64,000 nt of DNA from Gemmatimonadales bacterium (GTDB lineage: Bacteria; Gemmatimonadota; Gemmatimonadetes; Gemmatimonadales; GWC2-71-9). The notes beneath the pieces were generated by a model. The model was not told the DNA's origin, made no database searches, and saw only the letters and a program-made list of their open reading frames with translations. How positions within the stretch are numbered: the stretch's first letter is position 1; each line of letters begins with the position of its first letter. Made by a program: the position numbers and the translations under genes. The stretch is from positions 34,740 through 98,739 of the forward strand of contig JBBSCB010000008.1 in NCBI GenBank assembly GCA_038250675.1. Direction: 5' to 3'. Positions 10,312 to 20,807 of the stretch are shown piece by piece.

Positions 10312-11433
10312 ATGCTGCTGTTCGGTTCCCTGCTCGCGCTGTCGCTCGCCACTCCCGGCCCCCGGCCGCTGCCCGCCGCTCTTCCGGGGCCAGACCCGCG
10401 GGTCACCGTCACGGTGGACTCCTCCCGGCACGCCGTCGTCATCATGTCCGGACCGTTCGACCTGAAGAACGAACCGCCCATGGATGAGATGATGGAGATG
10501 GGCCACGCCATGGAGCACGACGCCCCGGTGCAGCGGTTTGCCTGGCCGGTGGACGGCTGGCTGCGCGGGTTCGAATGGAGTCTCGTGGATGCGCACGGGC
10601 GCCCGGTGCCCAAGCAGGTCATGCACCATCTCATTATGGTGAACTTCGACCGCCGCCAGCTGCTGTACGATGCGGCCGAGCGCCTCATGGGCGCCGGCAG
10701 TGAAACGGAAGACGCAACGGTGCCCAAGTCGATCGGCATTCCGCTCACCACCGGCACGCGGCTGGGCTTCTACATCATGTGGCACAATGACACGGGTCAC
10801 GACCTCGACGGGGTGACACTCAAGCTCAGCCTGCTGTGGACGCCAAAGAACCAGAATCCGCGGCCGGTGAACGCACTCCCCATCTACATGGACGTCAATC
10901 TGACCGTGGGCGGGACCAACACCTTCGATGTGCCCCCCGGGAAGTCGACCAAGTCGCACGAGTTCACGATGCCAGTGGGCGGCAAGCTGCTCGGCGTCGG
11001 CGGACATCTGCATGACTACGGGACGTCGGTGAGTTTGGTGGATGCCGAAACGGGCAAGGTGCTCACCCGCGTCGACGCGGTGCGGGATTCGACCGGTCAC
11101 GTCCTGAGCGTCGGCCGCCACCTCTTCGGTGTGAGCGGCTCGGGCCTCACGCTCAAGGCCAATCACCGATATCGCGTCGTGGGTGAATACAGCAACACGA
11201 CCGGCAGGATGCGCCCCGACGGCGCGATGGCGCACATGGTGGGGCTGTTCGTGCCGGACGACCTCAGCCGCTGGCCCGCGATCAATCCATCGGACCCGGG
11301 GTTCAAGCTCGACATGGCATCACTTCACGCCGACCCGCGGGGGAATCCGCTTCCGATGGACGGGATGCCGATGGACCACGACATGCCCGGGACGAACCAT
11401 TCGGGCGGCGCCAAGTCCACCGGCAAGCCCTAG
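10312..11433 (+). CDS. Secreted protein with PHM/DBH-like (copper type II monooxygenase-like) His/Met ligand pattern and Met/His-rich tracts
   Basis: ORF 10213..11433 trimmed to ATG 10312 (GGAG 7 nt upstream). Signal peptide MLLFGSLLALSLA. In the 373-aa product: H105-H106 (VMHHLIMV), H158 (IMWHND), H232-x-H234 (GGHLHDYG), M307/M309 (AMAHMVGLF). Met/His tracts MDEMMEMGHAMEH and PMDGMPMDHDMPGTNH. See findings. Confidence 0.55.
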   Translation: MLLFGSLLALSLATPGPRPLPAALPGPDPRVTVTVDSSRHAVVIMSGPFDLKNEPPMDEMMEMGHAMEHDAPVQRFAWPVDGWLRGFEWSLVDAHGRPVPKQVMHHLIMVNFDRRQLLYDAAERLMGAGSETEDATVPKSIGIPLTTGTRLGFYIMWHNDTGHDLDGVTLKLSLLWTPKNQNPRPVNALPIYMDVNLTVGGTNTFDVPPGKSTKSHEFTMPVGGKLLGVGGHLHDYGTSVSLVDAETGKVLTRVDAVRDSTGHVLSVGRHLFGVSGSGLTLKANHRYRVVGEYSNTTGRMRPDGAMAHMVGLFVPDDLSRWPAINPSDPGFKLDMASLHADPRGNPLPMDGMPMDHDMPGTNHSGGAKSTGKP

Positions 11434-11459
11434 CCGGTGGTGGGCCCGGTCCCCGCGGG

Positions 11460-12425
11460 CTACTCCACGATCCGCCTCACGCCGACCCAGCGCTTGTACC
11501 ACCACTTCCCGTACGGATCGTTCTCGGTCAACTGACTGGTCTGGACCCCGGTGCTCGCGCTGTGGATGAACCGCCCGTCGCCGATGTACATCCCGACGTG
11601 CGTCACCCCGTGACCACTGTTCGAGAACGTCAGCAGGTCGCCGGGCTGCAGCGACGCCACGTCGCGGCCCACCTCGCGTCCCGCCGCCGCCTGCTCCATG
11701 CTGCGCCTGGGCAGCCGGATGCCGTGACGGGCGTAGGCGTACTGGATCAGGCCCGAGCAGTCGAACCCGCCGCCGTCCACGCCGCCCAGGCGGTAGCGGG
11801 TGCCGATCACGGAGTCCGCGGTCGCGATGACGCCATCGAGCAGCCGCTGCGCATCGCTCCGCGCGAGACTGTGCCCGGTGGCGGCGGCGTCTCCGAACGG
11901 CGCGGGCGGCGGCGCCGCATCCGGGCGCGTCCGCGGCGCACGTGACCCGCCGCCAAAGTTGGCGCCCAGTCGCAGCGAGAGCTCGAGACCGGATCGCTGA
12001 TGCGCGCCGTACTGGTGATATCGCGTCTCGATCCCCAGCGAAAGTGCAGGGAGCGGCAACAGCTCGTAGCCGAGCCCGGCGGACCACGCGCTCCACCAGC
12101 TCTCGGCGCCGTCGGTGCCGATGCCGCCGCTGAGTGCACCCATCGCGTAAATGCCCGGGCGACCGCCCCGGAACAGCGACACCTCGGCGGTCCCGCCCCA
12201 CAGGCGTGCCGATGCCGGCGCGGGCCCCTGCACCAGCACGCCGCCAAGCCCGAAGCCGGCGGGGCCGGCGATCGGCCCCTGCCAGGTGGCGCCATAGGAC
12301 GTCCAACCACCGTCGCGGAACAGATGACCGAGGCGGAGCGCCAGCCCCTGGGCGTGCATGGGGGCCGGGAGCGTCGCCGCGCAGCCGGCGAGTGCCAGGA
12401 TCAGGCGCCGCGCGGGCCCGCTCAC
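11460..12425 (-). CDS. NlpC/P60 family peptidoglycan endopeptidase lipoprotein with an N-terminal Gly/aromatic beta-rich domain
   Basis: 321 aa. GTG start overlaps the upstream stop (GTGA). Lipobox LALAGC. The N-terminal ~150 aa is rich in alternating G/aromatic strands (ELSLRLGANFGG). Pro-rich linker. C-terminal NlpC/P60 domain with catalytic Cys in GGFDCSGLIQYAY and His in GVTHVGMYIGDGRFIHS. Confidence 0.8.
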   Translation of the reverse strand: MSGPARRLILALAGCAATLPAPMHAQGLALRLGHLFRDGGWTSYGATWQGPIAGPAGFGLGGVLVQGPAPASARLWGGTAEVSLFRGGRPGIYAMGALSGGIGTDGAESWWSAWSAGLGYELLPLPALSLGIETRYHQYGAHQRSGLELSLRLGANFGGGSRAPRTRPDAAPPPAPFGDAAATGHSLARSDAQRLLDGVIATADSVIGTRYRLGGVDGGGFDCSGLIQYAYARHGIRLPRRSMEQAAAGREVGRDVASLQPGDLLTFSNSGHGVTHVGMYIGDGRFIHSASTGVQTSQLTENDPYGKWWYKRWVGVRRIVE

Positions 12426-12823
12426 CGGGCGCGCACCGGCACCGGCTGCCCGGTCCTGACGTCAACGTGATAGCGATCGAGCGGGACACAGCCGCGGTAC
12501 AGCACCGCGCCGAGCGTCGAGTCGTCGATGAAGCGCGGAGCGACTTCGGTGTACAGCAGCGGCACCGGGATGCGCGCGACACCGCGCCGGATCTCCAGCG
12601 TGCGATCGACGCACCGTCCTCCGGCAGAATCGTGATCCTCGCGTGCCAGCGTGAACCAGACCGTCGTGCTGTCCGGACCCCGTGCCACGAGTGATTCGGG
12701 AAGCGCCGCGGGTTGGGCAATCGAGTCGACCGACGTGGTGGCGGCGGCTCGCTCGGCCCGGCCGGTGCACGCGGCGGCCAGCCCCATGAGCGCCAGCGCG
12801 GCCCCCGGGAGCGGCCGCGTCAC
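12422..12823 (-). CDS. Hypothetical lipoprotein
   Basis: ORF 12422..12997 trimmed to GTG 12823, which overlaps the upstream stop (GTGA). VTRPLPGAALALMGLAAAC is a signal peptide plus lipobox. ATG 12787 is an alternative start. No motif recognised. Confidence 0.5.
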   Translation of the reverse strand: MTRPLPGAALALMGLAAACTGRAERAAATTSVDSIAQPAALPESLVARGPDSTTVWFTLAREDHDSAGGRCVDRTLEIRRGVARIPVPLLYTEVAPRFIDDSTLGAVLYRGCVPLDRYHVDVRTGQPVPVRAR

Positions 12824-13146
12824 CGCGCCGCTCCCGCCGCGTCTTCGTCCTCCGGATCGAGCGTGGTGGGCGCGGTCAGCGATGCCGTGTCCGGGGTGCC
12901 ATCGGCGGTGATCGCCAGTGCCTCCCGAATGGCGGGCGAGCTCCGGAGCAGATGCAGCCAGCCGATGAGCGTGAGGAAGCCGGCGGCGGCGCCGCACAGG
13001 GCGGCCACGACGAGCCCGGTCTGCGGGTTGGCAATGCGCGCAGCCAGGACTTCACCCGCGACGCAGCCAAAAAAAGAAGCTGCCCACGCCATGAACGGCG
13101 TGAGCAGCCATCCGAACGCCCGCAAGAAGAGCCGCAGCCAATGCAT
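12820..13146 (-). CDS. Hypothetical small membrane protein (3 predicted TM helices, acidic tail)
   Basis: ORF 12820..13254 trimmed to ATG 13146. MHWLRLFLRAFGWLLTPFMAWAASFFGCVAGEVLAARIANPQTGLVVAALCGAAAGFLTLIGWLHLL..., with tail DPEDEDAAGAAR. Confidence 0.5.
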   Translation of the reverse strand: MHWLRLFLRAFGWLLTPFMAWAASFFGCVAGEVLAARIANPQTGLVVAALCGAAAGFLTLIGWLHLLRSSPAIREALAITADGTPDTASLTAPTTLDPEDEDAAGAAR

Positions 13147-13150
13147 CAGG

Positions 13151-13780
13151 TCACGCGCGGGATGCCCGCCACGACGTGAGCGCGGCCCCGGCGGCGACCC
13201 CGGGCAGAAACGCGACGCCGAAGGTGCCGAGCGACCAGCCCGCATGCGGCACATGGATCACGATCGCGAGGAGGGCAAATCCCACGCTCAGTGCGAGCGC
13301 GAGCAGCATGGGCTGCGCCAGCGAATGCGGCTGTCCGCGCCGCACCCGCGCCGCCAGCATGAGCGCGCCCATCCACGGCATGAACGTCCCGACCATCCAC
13401 CACACCGGGTGGTACCACCAGTTGCTGCCCCCGCCGATCTCGAGCCAGCGGTTGGTATAGACACCGAGGGGCTGCAGGATCGCGACATCAAACAACAGAA
13501 ACACCGCCGTGGCGGCGAGTCCGGTGCCGGCGGCACCGGCGATCCCCTCGATGGTTCGCGCCCGGGTCCAGGTGCCCGGCAGCAGCGTGACGATCGTAAG
13601 CCCCGCAATCAGCACGATCCCGCCGACGACCGCCTCGACGATGCCGCCGGTCAGCCGGGTGATGATGGCCATCAGCACCACGATCAGCGCCTCGATGGCG
13701 CCGAGGATCACGGCATGCCGGATCACACCGGGCAGCGCCGTCCGATCGAAATCGCCCTGAAGTTCCACCGCCGATCCCAT
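13151..13780 (-). CDS. Hypothetical polytopic membrane protein (Trp-rich)
   Basis: ORF 13151..13792 trimmed to ATG 13780 (GGGAG 5-6 nt upstream). About 6 hydrophobic segments. Striking segment NWWYHPVWWMVGTFMPWMG. No family recognised. Confidence 0.55.
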   Translation of the reverse strand: MGSAVELQGDFDRTALPGVIRHAVILGAIEALIVVLMAIITRLTGGIVEAVVGGIVLIAGLTIVTLLPGTWTRARTIEGIAGAAGTGLAATAVFLLFDVAILQPLGVYTNRWLEIGGGSNWWYHPVWWMVGTFMPWMGALMLAARVRRGQPHSLAQPMLLALALSVGFALLAIVIHVPHAGWSLGTFGVAFLPGVAAGAALTSWRASRA

Positions 13781-13807
13781 GCCGTCTCCCACTGGAGTGA
13801 AGGGTCA

Positions 13808-13837
13808 ATAATACCGCGGCCCGGCGCGCCGGGCCAA
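13808..13837 (-). promoter_or_regulatory. Putative promoter of the 13780->11460 envelope cluster
   Basis: Minus strand: TTGGCC (13837..13832), 18 nt, TATTAT (13813..13808), 27 nt upstream of ATG 13780. It overlaps the palindrome listed below. Confidence 0.4.
13818..13835 (-). terminator. Perfect 18-nt GC palindrome downstream of the UbiA-family gene (terminator-like)
   Basis: GGCCCGGCGCGCCGGGCC, 8 nt after the stop at 13843. Followed on the minus strand by GCGGTATTATTG. Confidence 0.35.
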
Positions 13838-13842
13838 GGGGT

Positions 13843-14766
13843 TCAGCCGGCCCAGGCAGCGACCACGACGATATCGGTCACCGCCCACGCAGCGAGCGCC
13901 CGATACATCCCTCGCTGGTGCTCGGCCGGCGTCATGCGCACGCCGCGGCGCCGCCACGGGACGAGCACGGCGGCCCAGGCCGCTCCCGCCGCCCCGAGCG
14001 CCGCCCAGCGCCAGCCGCCGGCCGTACCCCAGCCACTGCGCACGCCGGCCGCCGCGAGAAGCGCGAATGCCAACGCCGCCGCGCCCAGCGCAACGTCGAG
14101 ACTGCGCGCGACGCCGAGGCGCAGCGCGAGCGTCACGTCGCCGCGGGCGCGGTCCTCGTCGAGCTGATAGAGCTGCGTAAGCGGATACAGCGCCGCGAAC
14201 AGCGGGCAGAAGGCGAGCAGAATCAGCCCGTGCGTGAGGTGGAGCGGACGCCCGGTCGACGCCCACCCGGCGTACGGCGTCAGCGACCCGAAACCCCACA
14301 TGTTGATGAGCCAGTCCGCACCCGCCACCGCCTTCAGACGAGCCGGCGGCACCGAATAGAGCAGCGAGAGCAGGAGGCACACGACATACGCGGCAGCGAA
14401 GCCGCGCGGCAGCGCGAACGCGCCGGCGAGGCCGGCCAGCATCAATCCGAGCCCGAACGCAAAGAGATGTCGCGGCGGCGGCGGCGGCCGGCGCAGGTAG
14501 GCGACGTCTCCCAGGTCACGATCGACAGCGGAATTGATCGCCAGCGTTCCGCCGTTGAGGCACACCACCCAGAGCAGCAACGCCAGCAGACCGTGCCCCA
14601 GCTCGGCACCGGCCGCCAGCGCCAGCCCCGTCGCGAGCAGGTAGCCCACCGTGGTATGGGCCGCCATGATCGGCCATTCCGCGGGGCGCAGGTGCAGCAC
14701 GTAGTCAAAGCGGCCGCCGAGCAGACGGTAACCCAGCCGGCGCGTGCCGCCGGGCGATGGCGTCAC
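13843..14766 (-). CDS. UbiA-family prenyltransferase (substrate unknown)
   Basis: ORF 13843..14985 trimmed to GTG 14766, which overlaps the coaX stop (GTGA). About 8-9 TM helices. Asp-rich motif NSAVDRDLGD and second motif YQLDEDRARG. Confidence 0.7.
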   Translation of the reverse strand: MTPSPGGTRRLGYRLLGGRFDYVLHLRPAEWPIMAAHTTVGYLLATGLALAAGAELGHGLLALLLWVVCLNGGTLAINSAVDRDLGDVAYLRRPPPPPRHLFAFGLGLMLAGLAGAFALPRGFAAAYVVCLLLSLLYSVPPARLKAVAGADWLINMWGFGSLTPYAGWASTGRPLHLTHGLILLAFCPLFAALYPLTQLYQLDEDRARGDVTLALRLGVARSLDVALGAAALAFALLAAAGVRSGWGTAGGWRWAALGAAGAAWAAVLVPWRRRGVRMTPAEHQRGMYRALAAWAVTDIVVVAAWAG

Positions 14767-15542
14767 CAGCGGAGGCCCAGGTGTCCCGCTGCGAGGCACA
14801 GGCCGCGAAGCGTCAGCGCCGGCTCGACCGCGTCGATGCTCCGGCAGTGAGGCGCGACGAGCGCGGAGAGCCCGCCGGTCGCCACCACGCGCGGCTGACC
14901 GCCGTCCGGCCACTCGGCCCGGATGCGCCGCACCATGCCGTCCACGGCATCGGCGGCGCCATAGATCACGCCCGCCTGAATGCATTCCTCGGTCCGGCGG
15001 CCGATGACCCGCTCAGGCGCGGCGAGCTCAGTGGCGGGCAGCTTGGCGGCGCGCCGGGTGAGCTGATCGGCCGAGGTGCGCACCCCGGGCATGATGGCGC
15101 CACCGATGAAGCGACCATCGGCGGTGATGCAGTCGAAGGTGGTGGCGGTGCCGAAGTCCACCACGATCACGTCGCCAGCGTGCAGGTCCGCGGCCGCGAG
15201 CACGTTGACGATGCGGTCGGCACCGACGCTGAGCGGCTCGTCCACATCCAGCCGCACCGGCAGCCGCGCGTGCGCATCCACGGCCACCGGACGCACGCCG
15301 GTGGCCGCCGCGACGCCGTCGGCGATGCTGCGCGTGACCGCCGGCGCCACCGAGGCCAGGCAGATTGCGCGCACCTCGTTGGGCGAATGGCCGGCATGCA
15401 GCAGAAAACCGCTGATGGCGGCGGCCCATTCGTCCGGCGTACGATCGGGATTGGTCGTGAGTCGCCAGTGCACCAGGAGGGCGTCGTCCCGGAAGAGCCC
15501 GGCGGTGATCTCCGTGTTGCCGATGTCGAGGGTCAGAAGCAT
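14763..15542 (-). CDS. coaX: Type III pantothenate kinase
   Basis: ORF trimmed to ATG 15542. MLLTLDIGNTEITAGLF...VVDFGTATTFD...VVATGG are ASKHA-fold CoaX motifs. Confidence 0.9.
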   Translation of the reverse strand: MLLTLDIGNTEITAGLFRDDALLVHWRLTTNPDRTPDEWAAAISGFLLHAGHSPNEVRAICLASVAPAVTRSIADGVAAATGVRPVAVDAHARLPVRLDVDEPLSVGADRIVNVLAAADLHAGDVIVVDFGTATTFDCITADGRFIGGAIMPGVRTSADQLTRRAAKLPATELAAPERVIGRRTEECIQAGVIYGAADAVDGMVRRIRAEWPDGGQPRVVATGGLSALVAPHCRSIDAVEPALTLRGLCLAAGHLGLRW

Positions 15543-15555
15543 GGCCGGCTCTCCT

Positions 15556-16263
15556 TCAGGTGGTCCCGGCGACGGCCGGGCCCACGCGAACGGTCTCGAC
15601 GGCACCGTCGGCCCGGCGCACGCGCAGCGCTCCGTCGTCGAGCACCCCTTCGGCGATGCCCGCCACCGGCGAGTGGAGGACGCGGCCGCGGAGCCAGTCG
15701 CGCGCGGCAAACGCCCGCTGCTCGCGGCGATCGAGCAGCCCACCTTCCCGTGCCGCGGCACGGACCGCGTTGATCACGGGCAGCGCCAGATCGCCCGGGC
15801 GGAGCTCCGGCTGCACCGATGCGAGCGAGACGGCCGTACCCTCCAGCTCGGTGGGGATGGCGTTGGCCACATTGAGGCCGACGCCGATGGCGATCCACGC
15901 CAGCCGGTCTCCCACCCACCGTGCCTCGCACAAAATGCCGCCGGCCTTCCGACCCGCGAGCAGCAGATCGTTGGGCCACTTCACCGCCACACCGGGCACG
16001 CCGAACGCATCGAGCACCTCGGCCACCGCGAGGGCGACGCGCAGGCTCAGCGCATCGCCCGGCGGCGCACCGGCGGGGCGCACGAGCACGCTCAGCCACA
16101 GTCCGCCGCGGAGCGAGTGCCAGCTCCGCCCGCGGGACCCCCGCCCGCCGGTCTGCTCGACGGCCACCACCGCCGTGCCGTCCGCCGCGCCGTCCGCGGC
16201 CACGCCGTGCACCACGTCCTGCGTGGATCCGACGCGCTCGGCCCAGGTGATCAGCCCCGTCAT
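15556..16263 (-). CDS. birA: Biotin--[acetyl-CoA-carboxylase] ligase (no N-terminal HTH)
   Basis: 235 aa. EQTGGRGSRGRSWHS (GRGRxGRxW loop) and KWPNDLL. Confidence 0.85.
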   Translation of the reverse strand: MTGLITWAERVGSTQDVVHGVAADGAADGTAVVAVEQTGGRGSRGRSWHSLRGGLWLSVLVRPAGAPPGDALSLRVALAVAEVLDAFGVPGVAVKWPNDLLLAGRKAGGILCEARWVGDRLAWIAIGVGLNVANAIPTELEGTAVSLASVQPELRPGDLALPVINAVRAAAREGGLLDRREQRAFAARDWLRGRVLHSPVAGIAEGVLDDGALRVRRADGAVETVRVGPAVAGTT

Positions 16264-17066
16264 GCGCGCGTGCCGTCCAGAAAGAGCGCCAGCAGGAGCA
16301 ACCCAAAGACGATCCGGTACCAGGCGAAGACCCGGAAGGTGTTGTGGGACACGAAGCGGAGGAACGCGCGCACGACGACCAGCGCGGACACGAACGAGAC
16401 GATGAAGCCGAGCGCAAAGACGGGGACGTCGCCGCCGCCGAGTCCGTGCCGACTCTTGAAGAGGTCGTATGCGGTGGCCGCGAGCATGACGGGAATGGCG
16501 AGGAAGAACGAGAACTCCGTCGCCGCGCGACGTGACAGGCCCAGTGCATATCCGCCCAGGATCGTGGCCGCCGAGCGCGAGGTGCCCGGAATGAGCGAGA
16601 GGACCTGGGCCAGACCGACGCCGAGCGCGGTCGACGGCGGCACCGCCATCACGTCATCGGAGCCCTCCACCGGTCGCCACCGCTCGATAATCAGAATGGC
16701 AATGCCGCCCACCACCAGCGCCGCGGCGACCACGAGTGGCCGGAACAGGTACTGCTTGACCCACTCGTGCACGGCCAGCCCGATGACGGCGACCGGAAGA
16801 AACGCGATGAGGAGATTGACCAGCAGCCGGCGCGCCGGGCCGTCATGGCGCGCGTCCACCAGCAACGCCACCAGGCGCACGCGGTACAACCACACGATGG
16901 CCAGGATGGCACCGAGCTGAATGAAAATCTCGAACGCCTTGGCGGTCGCACCCTCAAAGCCCAGCCAGTGCCCGGCGAGAATCAGGTGGCCGGTGGACGA
17001 GACCGGCAGAAACTCGGTCACGCCCTCGACGAGCCCGAGGACGGTGGCGACGAGGTAGGGGTTCAT
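16260..17066 (-). CDS. uppP: Undecaprenyl-diphosphate phosphatase (BacA/UppP)
   Basis: ORF trimmed to ATG 17066 (ATGA overlap with bshA). MNPYLVATVLGLVEGVTEFLPVSSTGHLIL...PGTSRSAATI. Confidence 0.92.
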   Translation of the reverse strand: MNPYLVATVLGLVEGVTEFLPVSSTGHLILAGHWLGFEGATAKAFEIFIQLGAILAIVWLYRVRLVALLVDARHDGPARRLLVNLLIAFLPVAVIGLAVHEWVKQYLFRPLVVAAALVVGGIAILIIERWRPVEGSDDVMAVPPSTALGVGLAQVLSLIPGTSRSAATILGGYALGLSRRAATEFSFFLAIPVMLAATAYDLFKSRHGLGGGDVPVFALGFIVSFVSALVVVRAFLRFVSHNTFRVFAWYRIVFGLLLLALFLDGTRA

Positions 17067-18187
17067 CCCACTACCTCGGCGTACAGCTCCTCGTACCGCG
17101 GCACGACCCGGTCGGCCGAGAAGCGGTGGGCGGTTTCCACGGCCGCGTCGCGCATGGCGGCAAGCCGGTCCGGATGACGGAGCAGCTCGATGGCGCGGCG
17201 CCCCATCGCCTCGACCGAGCCGACCGGCTCGAGGATGCCGCTGACGCCGTCCTCGATCACCTCCGGAAGACCGCCGGCGCGGGACGCGATGACGGGCGCG
17301 CCGCACGCCATCGCTTCGAGCGCCGCAAGGCCGAACGACTCGGTCTGGGACGGCAGCAGGAACAGGTCAGTCGACTGCAGCAGGTTGGCGACCGTATCGA
17401 GCCGGCCAAGAAAGCGTACGTCCTCGGCGACGCCGAGCTCGCGGGCTTCGTGCTCGGCGTCGGTGCGGTCGGGACCGTCACCCACCATGAGCAGCGTCGC
17501 CGGCATGGCGCGGCGAACGCGCGCAAAGACCCGCACCACGTCCTTCACCCGCTTCACCTCGCGGAAGTTGGACACGTGCGTCAGCACCCGATGATCGGCT
17601 GGCGCGAGGCCGCTGCACCGCCCGTCCGTGGATGGACGATATTCGTTGAGGTTCACGAAATTCGGGATGCTGCGGATGTCGCAGCTCACGCAGCCGAACG
17701 CGCGGTGCGTCTCGTCCCGCAGAAAATCCGAGACCGCCGTGACGCCGTCGGACCGCTCGATCGAGAACTTGGTGATGGCGTAGAAGCTGCTCTCCTGGCC
17801 CACCAGCGTGATATCGGTGCCGTGCAGCGTCGTGATCACCTTGAGCGGCAGCTCGCCCTCCAGCATTTCGCGGGCGAGATAGGCGGTGGTCGCGTGCGGG
17901 ACGGCGTAGTGCACATGCAGCACGTCCAGCTTCTCGCGGAGCGCGACCTCATGCTGCTTCGAGGCCAGCGCCAGCGTATACGGGAAATGGTCGAAGAGCG
18001 GATAGCGACCCATCCGGGTCTCGACCTCGTGAAAGTAGACGTTCTCCGCGTAGCCCCGGAGGCGGAACGGCGACGCGTAGGTCACGAAGTGCACTTCATG
18101 CCCACGTCGTGCCAGCTCGAGACCGAGCTCCGTCGCGACCGCGCCGGAACCGCCGTAGGTCGGGTAACAGGTGATGCCGATCTTCAT
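17063..18187 (-). CDS. bshA: N-acetyl-alpha-D-glucosaminyl L-malate synthase (bacillithiol biosynthesis glycosyltransferase BshA)
   Basis: 374 aa. [22 protein letters not shown]...[10 protein letters not shown]...[11 protein letters not shown]...[29 protein letters not shown]. From memory it is collinear with Bacillus BshA ([25 protein letters not shown]...). Confidence 0.8.
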   Translation of the reverse strand: [374 protein letters not shown]

Positions 18188-19087
18188 CGGGTCTCCCAGG
18201 CCTGAACGATCTCCGCCGCGAGCACCTCGGGCGGACGGGTGGCGTCCAGCGTCATGCGCGGCCCCTCAAGCTGATGTCGAAACCAGGTTTCCTGCCGCTT
18301 CGCGTACTGCCGTGTGCTCGTCGCGATCGCGTCGGCGACGCTGTCGCGGGTGCGCGTGCCGTGCAGATACTCGACCGCCTCCCGGATGCCGACGCCGTCC
18401 AGCCCGGGTGCATGCGCGGCGTGACCCTCGGACAGCACGGCCGCGGTTTCCTCGATCAGCCCGCGGCGGAGCATCTCCTCCGCCCGGCGCTGAATCCGGG
18501 CATGCAGCACCGGGCGGGGAGCGGTCAGCACAATGTACCACGGCTCGATCACACCCTGCGCCCGGGCCGTCTGCTGCCAATGCGTGAGCGGTCGGCCGGT
18601 GAGCAGTGCCACTTCGATGGCCCGCGCAGCGCGCTGGCGGCCGCCGCCACGGAACCCGGGATCGAGCCGGCCGGCCCAGCGCACCAGATCGATCGGGTCG
18701 AGCCGGGTGGTGAACGCATCCACCCGCCGGCGGAGCCCGGGATCGATCGGCGGCTCCGCGAACAACCCCTCGGCCAGCGCCCGGACGTACAGCCCCGTTC
18801 CGCCGACGACGATCGCCTGGCGTTGTCGCGCGGCCACGTCGGCCAGCCACTCACGCGCCTCCCGCGCAAATCGGCCCGCGCTGTAACGGGTGCCGGGATC
18901 GATCAGGTCCACGCCGTGATGGGCCACCCGGGCGCGCTCGCGCGCGCTGGGCTTGGCAGTGCCGATGTCGAGGCGCCGGTAGACTTGGCGCGAATCCGCC
19001 GAGATCACCTCTACCGGCCAGTGCCCGGCCAGGGCCATCGCCACGGCCGTCTTGCCGATGGCGGTGGGACCGACCAGCACCGGTACG

Positions 19088-19101
<14 letters not shown>
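18184..19101 (-). CDS. miaA: tRNA dimethylallyltransferase
   Basis: ORF trimmed to TTG 19101 (GGAG 7 nt upstream). GTG 19080 is an alternative start. P-loop VGPTAIGKT, then DSRQVYRRLDIGTAKP. Confidence 0.88.
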
Positions 19102-20797
<1,696 letters not shown>

Positions 20798-20807
20798 CGG
20801 GGGCAAT

